32,000 nucleotides of DNA from Xylella taiwanensis (GCF_013177435.1 NZ_CP053627.1:270001-302000); one strand, 5' to 3'; counted from the stretch's first letter, positions 11,233 through 20,906 are shown. A program made the numbers and translations. Notes: generated by a model from the letters alone, not told the origin.

Positions 11233-11963
11233 TCAATGTCCTTCCAGGTTTGATGTTTTATTGGCTGTCGGAGAGGATGTGACTAGCGTCTGTTGACATG
11301 ATCGCAAGCCATTCGCAATTGGAGCGAAGCAGATAAAGAAAATAAACATGACATTGAATTTCTCGTATCTGGAGCAGATGCGGCGATAGCCTTTCAGCCT
11401 GTGAAACAGGCGCTCAACCTCATTGCGGTGCTTGTTCATCTTTACATCTTGCGGCCGTATGCCTAAGACTCTAATACGCGTGTGCAGTGGTATCACGATA
11501 GGAATGCAGTTCAAGTCAAGCACCAGCGGGCTGGCTTGGTGGCCTTCATCAACGCACTCCATGACCGTGTGCAACGGGCAATTCGGTGGCCAGAGCCGTT
11601 TGAGCAACAGCTACTCGTAACCCTTCCGGCGCATCGTGCGTTTATCCAGGTGATATAGAGACGGTGATGGCGCGTGAGCCGTGATGAGGTGGTGCTTGGT
11701 GTTCCACTCGCCACGAGATGTGCCGATAGCCGTCTGACTGTTTTTGGGGGTCCACGGGTACCATCCAGATACACATTCACGCCGGTGTTGTCCAGCGATA
11801 CAGTCTGGTTCTTGATCTGCACGACTTGTGTTTGCTGCAGTGGCCAAAGCTTGATCGAGCATGCCAAGCTTTGCCTATCGATTAATGCGTGTGTAGATCG
11901 TCTGCCAGTTACCGAAGCGCTTGGGCAGGTCATTAGTGGATGGCAGGGTGTCAGCGTGGGCAT
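11233..11963 (-). mobile_element. decayed, 5'-truncated IS5-family (IS427/IS1031-like) transposase relic
   Basis: Collinear pieces lie in three minus-strand frames: DLPKRFGNWQTIYTRINR*AKLGMLDQ (TAG at 11875-11877 where W is expected), VSLDNTGVNVYLDG, IGTSRGEWNTKHHL, and NEVERLFHRLKGYRRICSRYEKF (ORF 11233..11607). These are the WRDLP / lDsT / GRSRGG.TTK.H / N.VER.F..LK..RRI.TRYDK blocks of IS5-family DDE transposases. There are at least 2 frameshifts plus a stop, and I could not identify terminal inverted repeats. Confidence 0.75.
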
Positions 11964-12718
11964 GCGTTACCTGACTAAGTTCTGTTGACGTTCGCTGGTG
12001 TTGGCACACTGTTTATTGCGTAAACAACTGCTAACCGAAGTAGGTCAGCAGGTTGCAGGAGTCTTGTCAGATAAAGCCGGTACTAAGTTCTAAAAGTCTA
12101 ACAGTGGTCAACCATCGCTGATTGCTCTAATTCGTGCGATGAATGGCTCGCACTAGCTCTTCGTGGCACAATTTTCCAACGGTGTTCGATTACTGGAAAA
12201 CCTTGCCTTACATGCGTGTTTCACGATGGTGTCGAAAAGATGCCTTGCAGGGGTTAGACAAGTCCAAAACATTACTAATCTACCCAAAGATCAAAGGGGT
12301 GCAACAGCATAGTAGCCGAGGGTTCAAAAATAACCGATCGCAAGCGTTCGGACCTTTGAGTTCCAGATTCCCTCTAGTGGTTGATCCTTCTGGCTACGAT
12401 TGATCCTCGTCGTAGAATCAGTCCGGGACATTTGGTGTGCACAAAAAAGGAAGGTATGTTGGGGTGCTTGTTTGAGTGTATCAAGTGTTTTTTCGGTTCT
12501 CCATGAGTGACGACAAAACCCAGAATGTACAGGGAGTATCAGTAGTTTTAGGTCTTATTGCGGAAATCCTGGGTAACGATTCGTGTTCTCCGAGATCTTT
12601 GTAACTATTGGAGTCTTTTCTTGGGAAGTTAAGTTAATGACTCTAGAGTCGCGTCATTGTTGTGGATCATGTTTGCTTAGGTGAATGGTACGCTTGGTAT
12701 GGTTTACACAGTCATGGC

Positions 12719-12747
12719 TTGTAATTTCGCGCCTGATTCTTCATAAT
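12719..12747 (+). promoter_or_regulatory. candidate sigma70 promoter for tRNA-fMet
   Basis: TTGTAA at 12719-12724, a 17-nt spacer, and CATAAT at 12742-12747. The tRNA 5' end lies 12 nt downstream. Confidence 0.45.
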
Positions 12748-12758
12748 TAACCTTCTGC

Positions 12759-12835
12759 TGCGGGGTGGAGCAGTCTGGCAGCTCGTCGGGCTCATAACCC
12801 GAAGGTCGCAGGTTCAAATCCTGCCCCCGCTACCG
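12759..12835 (+). tRNA. metY: initiator tRNA-fMet (anticodon CAU) with an atypical acceptor end
   Basis: It aligns almost base for base with E. coli tRNA-fMet: GCGGGGTGGAGCAG...TCGGGCTCATAACCCGA, with three G:C pairs closing the anticodon stem, then ...GGTTCAAATCC. Position 1 is T, position 72 is T, and the 3' end reads ACCG, so CCA is not fully encoded. It sits upstream of rimP-nusA-infB, as E. coli metY does. Confidence 0.9.
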
Positions 12836-14220
12836 TTTGTGGTTGTAGTGTTGGTTTGGTGATTTCCTCGGTGAGATTGGTTTCTCTGCGGATTTTTCTT
12901 CTTGTCGTAAGTGATTCGTGTATATCCATGAATCTTGTTGGTATGCTTGGTAGTGAGGGTTGTAGCATAATTGTCTTGGTAAGTAGTTTATTTGTCTTCT
13001 ATGTGAATCATAAGTTTTTGGCCTCCGCTTGATTGTTCTTGGCATTTTAAAGAATGTGGTGCCTTGCTTAACGTACCGTGGTGTTTTTTTTGGTTATAAG
13101 TCTCTTAAAGAAATCAACACATTTGTTTGGCTTGGGCTTGAAATCTTTGAAGTAACCTGGTCTTCGTTATGGTGAGTTGGGCCAAACAGGCACTTGCTTA
13201 GTATAGTAGTAGCGCCTTAAAGTGACCTGCATGTACCATGATTGCTTCTAGTTTTCATCAATCTATTTAGGCTTTTTTCGCTTAGGTTGATGGTTGTTTG
13301 CTGTGGAGTCCATGTTTCAGTATTGATGGTACTCTGCTAATTGCTGAGATACGGCTCATTATTCTTCCCCGCTCCATCGATACCTTAACTTGAGCTTGAT
13401 TATCCGGTTCATTAATGGCACCGTGTTCCTGTTGTTGTATTGCTTAGATTCATTGATTGGCGATGCCTGGATCCGGGTATGTCATTATTTAGATGCATGC
13501 GAGGTTAATGTTTTCTGTTCAAAAGCTTGTCGTTAGTTAATGAACCTTTGTGATTTGCTTTAATGTGTATTTATTTTAGGGTTCCTTGTGGTGCTGAGAA
13601 GGAGCACTTCAATGTGATTATTCTTCCTTGCCTTAAATAAAGTTCACCGCATGAGCTTGCTACAACTACCCTAGACTCCGATAGCGTACTCTTTCGATTG
13701 TTATCGCTAGACTGTTTCGCGGATATGGCATTCAAACGGTGTATGATTCTGAAAAAAAGAATACACTTCATAATTATTTTAGAGCGAAATCTATCTGCTG
13801 TGTCAAACTACGTTACGGACTGCTCATGACTTGACAGAGTGCTGTGTTTGAATTTAGGTGCGTTCCGCATTGTGGTTTCTCTGGGTTGTGACATTGCTCC
13901 AGGGTAATCGTTCTACACCAGACTTTTGCTGATGATCTGTTTTAGGATTGATTTGTCGGTTGATGCACGAATCTCACGTTTGGACGATCTTATGATAAAA
14001 ATGTCATGGGGAGTGCGAGGGATGTCTGCAAGCTGGCTGGCATCGAATTTTGTCTCCTTAAATGCTAGCTTGCCGTTATCTTTTAAAATGTCTATTATTC
14101 TAGTGCCAAGGCTTTAAGGATTCTCGGTAAGCGTCGGTTTCTATCGATGCTGACAGTGGATACCGAAGCTAGGTAGCAGGCGTTAGATGTCCAGGCGGTT
14201 AATGATGGTTTCGGCTAGGG

Positions 14221-14242
14221 GAAGGTGTCTTTTGTCGCCTTC
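14221..14242 (+). terminator. terminator-like hairpin 1 in the rimP upstream region
   Basis: GAAGGTG-tcttttgt-CGCCTTC forms a 7-bp stem including one G.U pair, followed by GTTCTTAGCTT, which is only moderately U-rich. Confidence 0.3.
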
Positions 14243-14273
14243 GTTCTTAGCTTGCATGTCGGATTTGTGCAAT

Positions 14274-14290
14274 GGGGCCCAAGGGGCCCC
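14274..14290 (+). terminator. GC-only hairpin 2 (terminator or attenuator candidate) about 75 nt upstream of the rimP start
   Basis: GGGGCCC-aag-GGGCCCC forms a perfect 7-bp all-G:C stem with a 3-nt loop, followed by TTGCTATTTCTGT. Confidence 0.35.
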
Positions 14291-14364
14291 TTGCTATTTC
14301 TGTGGCATAGTGACGCATGCATCGTTTTTCAGCAGAGCGTAATTTAATTGGATTAGGGCAGCCT

Positions 14365-14955
14365 GTGAGCGACAAAGGCATTGAAATTGTGAATCTGTTG
14401 GCGTCGAAGGTCGAGATGCTCGGGTTTGAGCTACTCGGTGCGAAGTATCTTCTAGTGCCTAGTGGCGCTATCTTGCGCCTGTACATTGATATGCCGTTTG
14501 CTATGCAGCCTGAGTGCATGGTGAGCATAGATGATTGTGAACGTGTGAGTCGTGAAGTATCGGCGCATTTAGACGTTGAAGAACCTATAAGTGGCAATTA
14601 CACCCTGGAGGTGTCTTCCCCAGGTTTGGATCGTCCGTTGTTCACGTTGGAGCAGTTTGCCCGTCACCACAACGAACTGGTTAAGGTTGAATTGAAGTTG
14701 CCACAGCATGGGCGTCGTCGCTTGCAAGGAAAGATTGCACGGGTCGAGCAAGTGGAGGGCTTGGTGGTATTGCTTGTCGATGGCGTTGAGCTAGCTGTGG
14801 ATTTCAATAACATTGATAAGGCGCGGATCGCCCCTGACTGGAGCGTACTGGGCTTGGCACCGTTAAAAAGAAGTAAGTCTGACACGAAAAAAACGAGTCA
14901 AGGTAACAAGAAACCATCCAATGAATCGGCGGCCGGCAAGCCGTGCGCGGAGTGA
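14365..14955 (+). CDS. rimP: ribosome maturation factor RimP
   Basis: ORF 14317..14955. The core LGFELLG...LRLYID......[32 protein letters not shown] matches E. coli RimP. The GTG at 14365 ([12 protein letters not shown]...) is preferred by resemblance to Xanthomonas N-termini; the ATG at 14317 is the alternative. Confidence 0.9.
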   Translation: MSDKGIEIVNLLASKVEMLGFELLGAKYLLVPSGAILRLYIDMPFAMQPECMVSIDDCERVSREVSAHLDVEEPISGNYTLEVSSPGLDRPLFTLEQFARHHNELVKVELKLPQHGRRRLQGKIARVEQVEGLVVLLVDGVELAVDFNNIDKARIAPDWSVLGLAPLKRSKSDTKKTSQGNKKPSNESAAGKPCAE

Positions 14956-14960
14956 TTTAG

Positions 14961-16472
14961 ATGAGCAAGGAACTTTTATTGGTAGTTGATGTGGTCGCTA
15001 ACGAAAAGGGTGTCCCGCGCCAGATCATCTTCAACGCCATTGAAATTGCGTTGGCGTCGGCGGCGAAGAAGCGTTATCCCGACCGAGATATTCTAACACG
15101 TGTAACTATCGATCAAAAGAACGGCAACTACGAGACTTTCCGGCGTTGGGAGGTGGTTGCTGACGATGTGGTGATGGAGTCACCGGAACGGCAGATTCGT
15201 CTGATGGACGCGCTTGATGAAGCTGATGGTGTGGAGGTCGGTGACTACATTGAGGAGCAGATTGACAACCCCGACTTTGGCCGTATCGCTGCGCAGGCTG
15301 CTAAACAAGTGATTGTGCAGCGTGTGCGTGATGCTGAACGCCAGCAAATTGTCGATGCGTGGAAAAATCGTGTTGGCGAGTTAGTTACCGGTGTAGTCAA
15401 ACGTGTTGAGCGCGGTAATATTTATGTCGACTTAGGTGGGAGTACTGAGGCTTTTATCCCAAAGGACAAGGGTATCCCGCGAGATGTAGTGCGTCCCGGA
15501 GATCGTGTGCGTGGTTACTTGGCTGAGGTGCGTTCTGAGTCACGTGGCCCGCAGCTATTCATTAGCCGTTCTGCTCCGGAATTCATGATCGAATTGTTCA
15601 AACTGGAAGTCCCGGAGGTTGGTCAGGGTTTGGTTGAGATCAAAGGTTGTGCCCGCGATCCTGGCGACCGGGCCAAGATCGCTGTGATTGCACATGACAA
15701 TCGCACTGATCCTATCGGTGCTTGCATCGGTATGCGTGGCTCGCGTGTGCAGGCCGTCTCTAACGAGCTTAACGGTGAACGCGTAGATATTGTATTGTGG
15801 AATGAAAATCCGGCTAACTTTGTTATCAATGCGATGGCACCGGCTGAGGTACAGTCGATCATCGTTGATGAGGAGAAACACTCAATGGATTTGGCTGTGG
15901 CTGAGGATCGCTTGGCCCAGGCCATTGGCAAGGGCGGCCAGAATGTACGTTTAGCCAGCCGCTTGACGGGTTGGCAATTGAATGTGATGACTGCCGAGCA
16001 GGTTGCTGCTAAGTCGGAAGCCGAGCAGGTTGCCGCTCGTCAGTTATTTATGGAACGCTTGGAAGTGGACGAGGAGATTGCCTCTATCCTGGTTATGGAG
16101 GGATTCAACACTATCGAGGAAATCGCTTACGTACCGGTCGGTGAGCTCCTGGCAGTGGAGGGTTTTGATGAGGATATCGTTGAGGAGCTCCGTGCTCGTG
16201 CCAGTGATGCGTTACTGAATGCGGCGTTGGCCGAGGAGGAGGGTTTGGAACATTCTGGCCCAACGCCGGATTTGTTGGCACTCAATGGTATGGACGAGAT
16301 CACCGCACACGCTCTGGCGGCTCATGGAGTGCGTACTAGCGAGGATCTTTCTGATTTGGCTGCTGACGAGATTGTCGAGTTTGATATTGAAGGCATGACC
16401 CTCCAGCGTGCAGCTGTGTTGATACTGGCTGCTCGTGCTGAGGAAATTGCTCGTTTGGAGCGTGGCGAATGA
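14961..16472 (+). CDS. nusA: transcription termination/antitermination factor NusA
   Basis: A 503-aa ORF. The N-terminus MSKELLLVVDVVANEKGVPRQIIFNAIE.AL..A.KK is followed by S1 and two KH regions (GxRG.RVQAVSNEL.GE..DIV.W) and a C-terminal acidic HhH repeat region. Confidence 0.97.
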   Translation: MSKELLLVVDVVANEKGVPRQIIFNAIEIALASAAKKRYPDRDILTRVTIDQKNGNYETFRRWEVVADDVVMESPERQIRLMDALDEADGVEVGDYIEEQIDNPDFGRIAAQAAKQVIVQRVRDAERQQIVDAWKNRVGELVTGVVKRVERGNIYVDLGGSTEAFIPKDKGIPRDVVRPGDRVRGYLAEVRSESRGPQLFISRSAPEFMIELFKLEVPEVGQGLVEIKGCARDPGDRAKIAVIAHDNRTDPIGACIGMRGSRVQAVSNELNGERVDIVLWNENPANFVINAMAPAEVQSIIVDEEKHSMDLAVAEDRLAQAIGKGGQNVRLASRLTGWQLNVMTAEQVAAKSEAEQVAARQLFMERLEVDEEIASILVMEGFNTIEEIAYVPVGELLAVEGFDEDIVEELRARASDALLNAALAEEEGLEHSGPTPDLLALNGMDEITAHALAAHGVRTSEDLSDLAADEIVEFDIEGMTLQRAAVLILAARAEEIARLERGE

Positions 16473-16568
16473 GTCGGCAATGAACAATGCCTTGACCTGT
16501 TCAGGGCTTAAAATTTGCGCTTCCCTTGCGTTGGGCGAGGGGGCGTCCAACTGAATCATAGGAACCGA

Positions 16569-19232
16569 ATGTCGCAGCAAACCACTATTCGTAAGCTTGC
16601 CGAGCTGGTCAAGACCCCTGTTGAGAAACTGCTAGAGCAGTTGGCCGAGGCCGGTATGAAGTTCAGTGGTCCCGACCAGGTCGTGACCAGTACTGAAAAG
16701 ATGAAGTTGCTCGGGTTCCTGCGCCGCACACATGGCAAGTCCGATGTGTTGTCGGTTGAAACGATCCGTGAGGCACCGAAAAAAATCACGCTTAATCGGC
16801 GTAGGTTGCAAGAAGTGACAGTTAACGCTGGCCGCAACAAGACTACGGTAAACGTGGAAGTACGCCAAAAGCGCACTTATGTGAAGACGCCTGAGAGCGA
16901 ATATCTTGCGCCGACAAAACCGTCTATAGAACTGCGTGATGCCGAGCGTGTTGAAATATTGCGTAAGCTTGAAGAATCGCGCCAGCGCAATCTTGCTGAG
17001 CAGCAGCGTTTGGCTGAAGTTGACCGCCAGCGTGTGGAGGAGCAAGAACGAAAGCACCGTGAAGAACAGGCTGAGCGTGAGCGCCAGGAGGCTGAAAGCC
17101 GCGCAGTTGAGGAGGTTGCTGTCCAGACGGATTCCAGTCCCGTCAAGCCGGTGTCTAAACAGATTTCTGAAGCGCGCGCGCGCGCCGTGCCAAGAGCACC
17201 GCGACCGGTACCGGTCGCAGCACGCCCTTCGGCCCCACGTTCGGATGACCGCAATAGCGGGGCGCGGCATAAACCCCGTGGTTCGCACGTGATGGTCTCG
17301 GACGAGGATGATTCTGCACGCCGTTTTGCCGGTCAGATGCACCTGACGGCTGCCGACCGTGCTCGTCGTGGTAGCAGCACGCGGGGCAAGGGAGGTGGTA
17401 ACACTCACCGTGGTAACGAGAAGAGTAGTCGTGCTAGCGGTGCTCATGGTTTTGAGCGCCCTACTGCGGCAGTTGTGCGTGAAGTCGCGGTCGGAGACAC
17501 CATTACGGTAGCTGACTTGGCGCAGAAGTTGGCGCTGAAAAGTGGTGATATGGTGAAGGCGTTGTTCAAAATGGGGGTGATGGTGACCATCACCCAAACC
17601 ATTGATCATGACACTGCAGTGCTGGTAACCGAGGAGCTGGGTCATAAGGTGACTCGTGCTAGCAGCAATGACTTTGAGGATGCTTTACTGGCCCATACTG
17701 AAGAGGTCCATGGCGAAGCGGTTCCACGTCCACCTGTGGTGACTATTATGGGACATGTTGACCACGGCAAAACTTCGTTGCTGGATTACATTCGTCGTAC
17801 CAAAATTGCGGTGGGCGAAGCTGGTGGTATAACCCAGCACATTGGTGCTTACCATGTGGAGACCCCGCGTGGCGTCATAAGCTTTTTGGATACACCGGGT
17901 CACGCCGCCTTCACCTTGATGCGCGCACGCGGTGCCAAGATCACTGACATTGTGGTGCTGGTGGTTGCTGCCGATGATGGCGTGATGCCGCAGACCAAGG
18001 AGGCAGTACACCATGCGAAGGCGGCCGGTGTACCGCTGATCGTAGCTGTGAGCAAGATTGATAAGTCTACTGCCGATCCACAGCGTGTAAAAAACGAGTT
18101 GTTAACTGAGAACGTTGTTGCTGAGGAATTTGGTGGGGATACGCAGTTCGTCGAGCTGTCTGCCAAGACCGGTAGTGGCGTTGACGCATTGTTGGATGCA
18201 ATTTCGATCCAGGCTGAGGTGTTGGAACTGAAGGCTGTGACTGAAGGGCGTGCGACCGGTACCGTGATCGAGTCTTCGCTAGACAAGGGGCGTGGTCCGG
18301 TGGCAACGGTATTGGTGCAGCAGGGACGACTGAAAAAGGGGGACTATTTGGTATGCGGCACTCATTACGGTCGTGTGCGTGCGCTGTTTGATGAGATTGG
18401 TTACCAACCGGTTGCCGCCGCTCCATCAATCCCTGTGCAGGTGCTTGGCTTGTCTGGTGTGCCTGATGCTGGAGACGATTTCGTGGTTGTTGACGATGAG
18501 CGTCTTGCTAAGGATGTAGCACAGCAGCGTGAGGCCAAACGCCGTGAGTCGCGCTTGGTTGCTTCCGCGGGCAACCGCATGGAAGACATCTTGGCGCAGA
18601 TGGGTAAGGGTGAGAATCAGCAAGTGCTTAACCTGTTGATTAAGGCTGATGTCCAGGGTTCGCTGGAAGCGCTCAAACATGCGTTGGTGGCACTGTCCAA
18701 CGATGATATTAGAATCAATGTGATTCATGTTGGTGTTGGAGGTATAACTGAGTCGGATGCCAACTCTGCGGTTGCCTCTAAAGCTACTGTGATTGGTTTC
18801 AATGTCCGTGCCGATGCCTCTGCTCGCAAGATCATTGAGGCGAACAGCGTAGATCTCCGTTATTTCTCTATCATCTACGATGTTATTGATCAGGTGAAGC
18901 AGGTAGCTTCTGGTTTGCTTGGTGTTGAAATCCGTGAGGAGATCATCGGTGTTGCCGAGGTGCGGGATGTGTTCCGCAGTTCTAAGTTCGGCGCTGTCGC
19001 CGGTTGTATGGTAATCGAGGGTGTTGTCAAGCGCTCCAAGCCGATCCGTGTGCTGCGCGATAACACCGTGGTGTTTGAGGGTGAATTAGAGTCATTGCGT
19101 CGTTTTAAGGATAATGTTGACGAGGTCCGTAACAGTACTGAGTGTGGTATCGGAGTGAAGGCTTACAATGATGTTAGGGTTGGAGATCAAATCGAGTGTT
19201 TCGAACGTATTGAGGTGGCGCGTACGTTGTAA
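16569..19232 (+). CDS. infB: translation initiation factor IF-2
   Basis: ORF 16515..19232. The ATG at 16569 ([14 protein letters not shown]...) has AGGA 5 nt upstream. A charged, low-complexity N-terminal region is followed by the GTPase motifs [17 protein letters not shown] and the C-terminal domains. Confidence 0.96.
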   Translation: MSQQTTIRKLAELVKTPVEKLLEQLAEAGMKFSGPDQVVTSTEKMKLLGFLRRTHGKSDVLSVETIREAPKKITLNRRRLQEVTVNAGRNKTTVNVEVRQKRTYVKTPESEYLAPTKPSIELRDAERVEILRKLEESRQRNLAEQQRLAEVDRQRVEEQERKHREEQAERERQEAESRAVEEVAVQTDSSPVKPVSKQISEARARAVPRAPRPVPVAARPSAPRSDDRNSGARHKPRGSHVMVSDEDDSARRFAGQMHLTAADRARRGSSTRGKGGGNTHRGNEKSSRASGAHGFERPTAAVVREVAVGDTITVADLAQKLALKSGDMVKALFKMGVMVTITQTIDHDTAVLVTEELGHKVTRASSNDFEDALLAHTEEVHGEAVPRPPVVTIMGHVDHGKTSLLDYIRRTKIAVGEAGGITQHIGAYHVETPRGVISFLDTPGHAAFTLMRARGAKITDIVVLVVAADDGVMPQTKEAVHHAKAAGVPLIVAVSKIDKSTADPQRVKNELLTENVVAEEFGGDTQFVELSAKTGSGVDALLDAISIQAEVLELKAVTEGRATGTVIESSLDKGRGPVATVLVQQGRLKKGDYLVCGTHYGRVRALFDEIGYQPVAAAPSIPVQVLGLSGVPDAGDDFVVVDDERLAKDVAQQREAKRRESRLVASAGNRMEDILAQMGKGENQQVLNLLIKADVQGSLEALKHALVALSNDDIRINVIHVGVGGITESDANSAVASKATVIGFNVRADASARKIIEANSVDLRYFSIIYDVIDQVKQVASGLLGVEIREEIIGVAEVRDVFRSSKFGAVAGCMVIEGVVKRSKPIRVLRDNTVVFEGELESLRRFKDNVDEVRNSTECGIGVKAYNDVRVGDQIECFERIEVARTL

Positions 19233-19351
19233 GCGTACAGGTCGTGCTTGGCTGTTAATGGCGTTGGGATGTCCCGTGTGCCTTTACCGGTCGAATCCTC
19301 GGCAGCATTCCATTGTGCCTTTCTTGTTTCAATCGATTCTGCTTCCGTGCC

Positions 19352-19729
19352 GTGCCGAAGAAATCATTTCAGCGTACTGAACGTATTTCCGTCCAAATTC
19401 GCCGCGATCTAGGTGCTTTAGTGCATGCCGCTGTGCGTGATCATGGATTGCCTTCTGTGAGTGTGTCTGATGTGGAAGTGACCCGTGATATGGCACACGC
19501 TAAGGTGTTTGTGACTGCTCTTCAAGCAGAGTGCTCACGCGAGGCAGTGGCAGCGTTGAGGACGTTGGCGCGCGAACTGCGTATGCAATTAGCGCATACT
19601 ATGAGGCTGCGCTTTGTGCCTGAACTGCACTTCCATTACGATGATTCGTTGGATCGTGGTGAACGTATTGATGCATTATTACGTGATTTGATACCCCCGG
19701 TTGCTGGGGAAAAAGACGAGTGTGATTAA
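19352..19729 (+). CDS. rbfA: ribosome-binding factor A
   Basis: ORF 19313..19729. From the GTG at 19352 it reads PKKSFQRTERISVQIRRDLG..VH......LPSVSVSDVEVTRDMAHAKVFVT, the RbfA pattern. The start is chosen by homology, and no strong SD is visible. Confidence 0.88.
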   Translation: MPKKSFQRTERISVQIRRDLGALVHAAVRDHGLPSVSVSDVEVTRDMAHAKVFVTALQAECSREAVAALRTLARELRMQLAHTMRLRFVPELHFHYDDSLDRGERIDALLRDLIPPVAGEKDECD

Positions 19730-19735
19730 ATCTTG

Positions 19736-19757
19736 CATTGGTGTGCAACCACCAATG
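19736..19757 (+). other. perfect 8-bp hairpin in the rbfA-truB spacer
   Basis: CATTGGTG-tgcaac-CACCAATG begins 7 nt after the rbfA stop. No U-tract follows. Confidence 0.3.
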
Positions 19758-19825
19758 TCCAGTGTTGATCCACTGCTCACAACCTGCTTTATTCCTCGTT
19801 CTTTATGTTCGATGTTTCTTGATTA

Positions 19826-20728
19826 ATGTCTCGCATTGCCTATCGTCGTTTGGATGGTATTTTGCTGCTTGATAAGCCTGCTGGCATGAGTTCTAACGGT
19901 GCGTTGCAGGTTGCGCGTCGGTTATTGCGTGCTAAGAAGGGGGGGCATACTGGCAGCTTGGATCCACTCGCTACCGGACTGTTGCCGCTGTGTTTTGGAG
20001 AAGCCACCAAAATTGCTGGTTTGCTACTGGGTTCTGCCAAGGCTTACGATGCTGATGTGCTACTCGGCACGACTACCAGTACTGATGATGCTGAAGGGGT
20101 TGTGTTACTTGAGCGCCCGGTACCGACGCTGGATGCCGAAGTAGTCGATGCCGTGCTATGTCGGTTGATTGGTCCGATTCTGCAACGCGCCCCAATCTAT
20201 TCTGCGCTCAAGCAGGGTGGCGAGCCACTATATGCTAAAGCCCGGCGTGGTGAGGTGGTGAATGCCCCGGTACGTGAGGTTGAGGTGCATGCGATCGAAT
20301 TGCTTGCTTTGGCTATGCCACGATTACGATTACGCGTGACTTGCGGTTCGGGTACATACATCCGTAGCTTAGTCCGCGATTTGGGTGAATTCCTGGGTTG
20401 TGGTGCGCATATCATCGCATTGCGCCGTCGCTGGATAGCTCCATTCCAGATGCCTGAGATGTTGACCTTGGATGAGTTGGAGCAGGCATTGAAGAAAGGG
20501 AGGCATCCTAATTCTCTGTTATTGCCTTTGGCTGAGGGATTAGCTGGTTTCCCGGCACTGGAGCTTGATGCCGAGCGTCTAGCTCGCTTCAGGCTAGGAC
20601 AACGCCTGCGCGATCAACGTTTCCAGGTTGGGAGGGTTGCAGTACTCGAGAAAAATGGTACCCCTGCTGGGTTGGGAGAGGTTGATAGTGAAGGTTTGTT
20701 GGTGCCACAGCGTCTTTTCAATCTTTGA
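19826..20728 (+). CDS. truB: tRNA pseudouridine(55) synthase TruB
   Basis: [16 protein letters not shown]......[26 protein letters not shown] matches E. coli TruB, including the catalytic Asp in HTGSLDP. Confidence 0.96.
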   Translation: MSRIAYRRLDGILLLDKPAGMSSNGALQVARRLLRAKKGGHTGSLDPLATGLLPLCFGEATKIAGLLLGSAKAYDADVLLGTTTSTDDAEGVVLLERPVPTLDAEVVDAVLCRLIGPILQRAPIYSALKQGGEPLYAKARRGEVVNAPVREVEVHAIELLALAMPRLRLRVTCGSGTYIRSLVRDLGEFLGCGAHIIALRRRWIAPFQMPEMLTLDELEQALKKGRHPNSLLLPLAEGLAGFPALELDAERLARFRLGQRLRDQRFQVGRVAVLEKNGTPAGLGEVDSEGLLVPQRLFNL

Positions 20729-20755
20729 ATCTGGATTTATTTAGAAGTGATCAAC

Positions 20756-20784
20756 TTGTGCCGAACTTTTGGGGCCGATACAAT
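20756..20784 (+). promoter_or_regulatory. candidate sigma70 promoter for rpsO
   Basis: TTGTGC at 20756-20761, a 17-nt spacer, and TACAAT at 20779-20784. It lies about 120 nt upstream of the rpsO ATG. Confidence 0.4.
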
Positions 20785-20906
20785 TTCGTTGCCTTTCATT
20801 AGGTACCTTGCGCTCCAAGCGCGTCCTTCCAGCAATCGGCGAGTCAGGCGGTATGCGTCTTTATCCAGCATTTCTGCCCACTCCGCGTCTATTTAGAGAA
20901 GCCACT

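Noticed and set aside
12143-12403. An 86-aa + strand ORF (MARTSSSWHNFPTVFDYWKT...) between the IS relic and tRNA-fMet.
   Set aside because: There is no recognisable motif, no SD and an odd W/R/S-rich composition. It lies in decayed DNA and is probably a chance ORF. blastp could revisit this.
13599-13640. A strong AAGGAG followed 9 nt later by GTG and an 8-codon micro-ORF (V-IILPCLK-stop) inside the spacer. The SD is partly sequestered in a GTGCT/AGCAC hairpin.
   Set aside because: It is too short and isolated to call a leader peptide. No downstream gene exists within 700 nt that it could regulate.
10867-14364. I looked by eye for a direct repeat of the tRNA-fMet 3' end (attL/attR) and for an integrase relic that would delimit an integrated island.
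   Set aside because: I found no second copy of GGTTCAAATCCTGCCCCCGC or a substantial part of it, and no integrase-like frame. The island hypothesis is therefore left as a possibility in a finding rather than called as a feature. A computed self-alignment would be decisive.
16632-17645. A 337-aa minus-strand ORF inside infB. Similar long antisense or out-of-frame ORFs occur elsewhere, e.g. 907-1401 -, 5925-6317 -, 2869-3171 -, 21941-22306 -, 28355-28918 + and 30029-30538 +.
   Set aside because: Each lies fully inside a gene whose opposite or alternative frame encodes a strongly conserved protein. Their translations are low-complexity (rich in R, S, T, H and P), as expected from antisense reading of skewed coding DNA.
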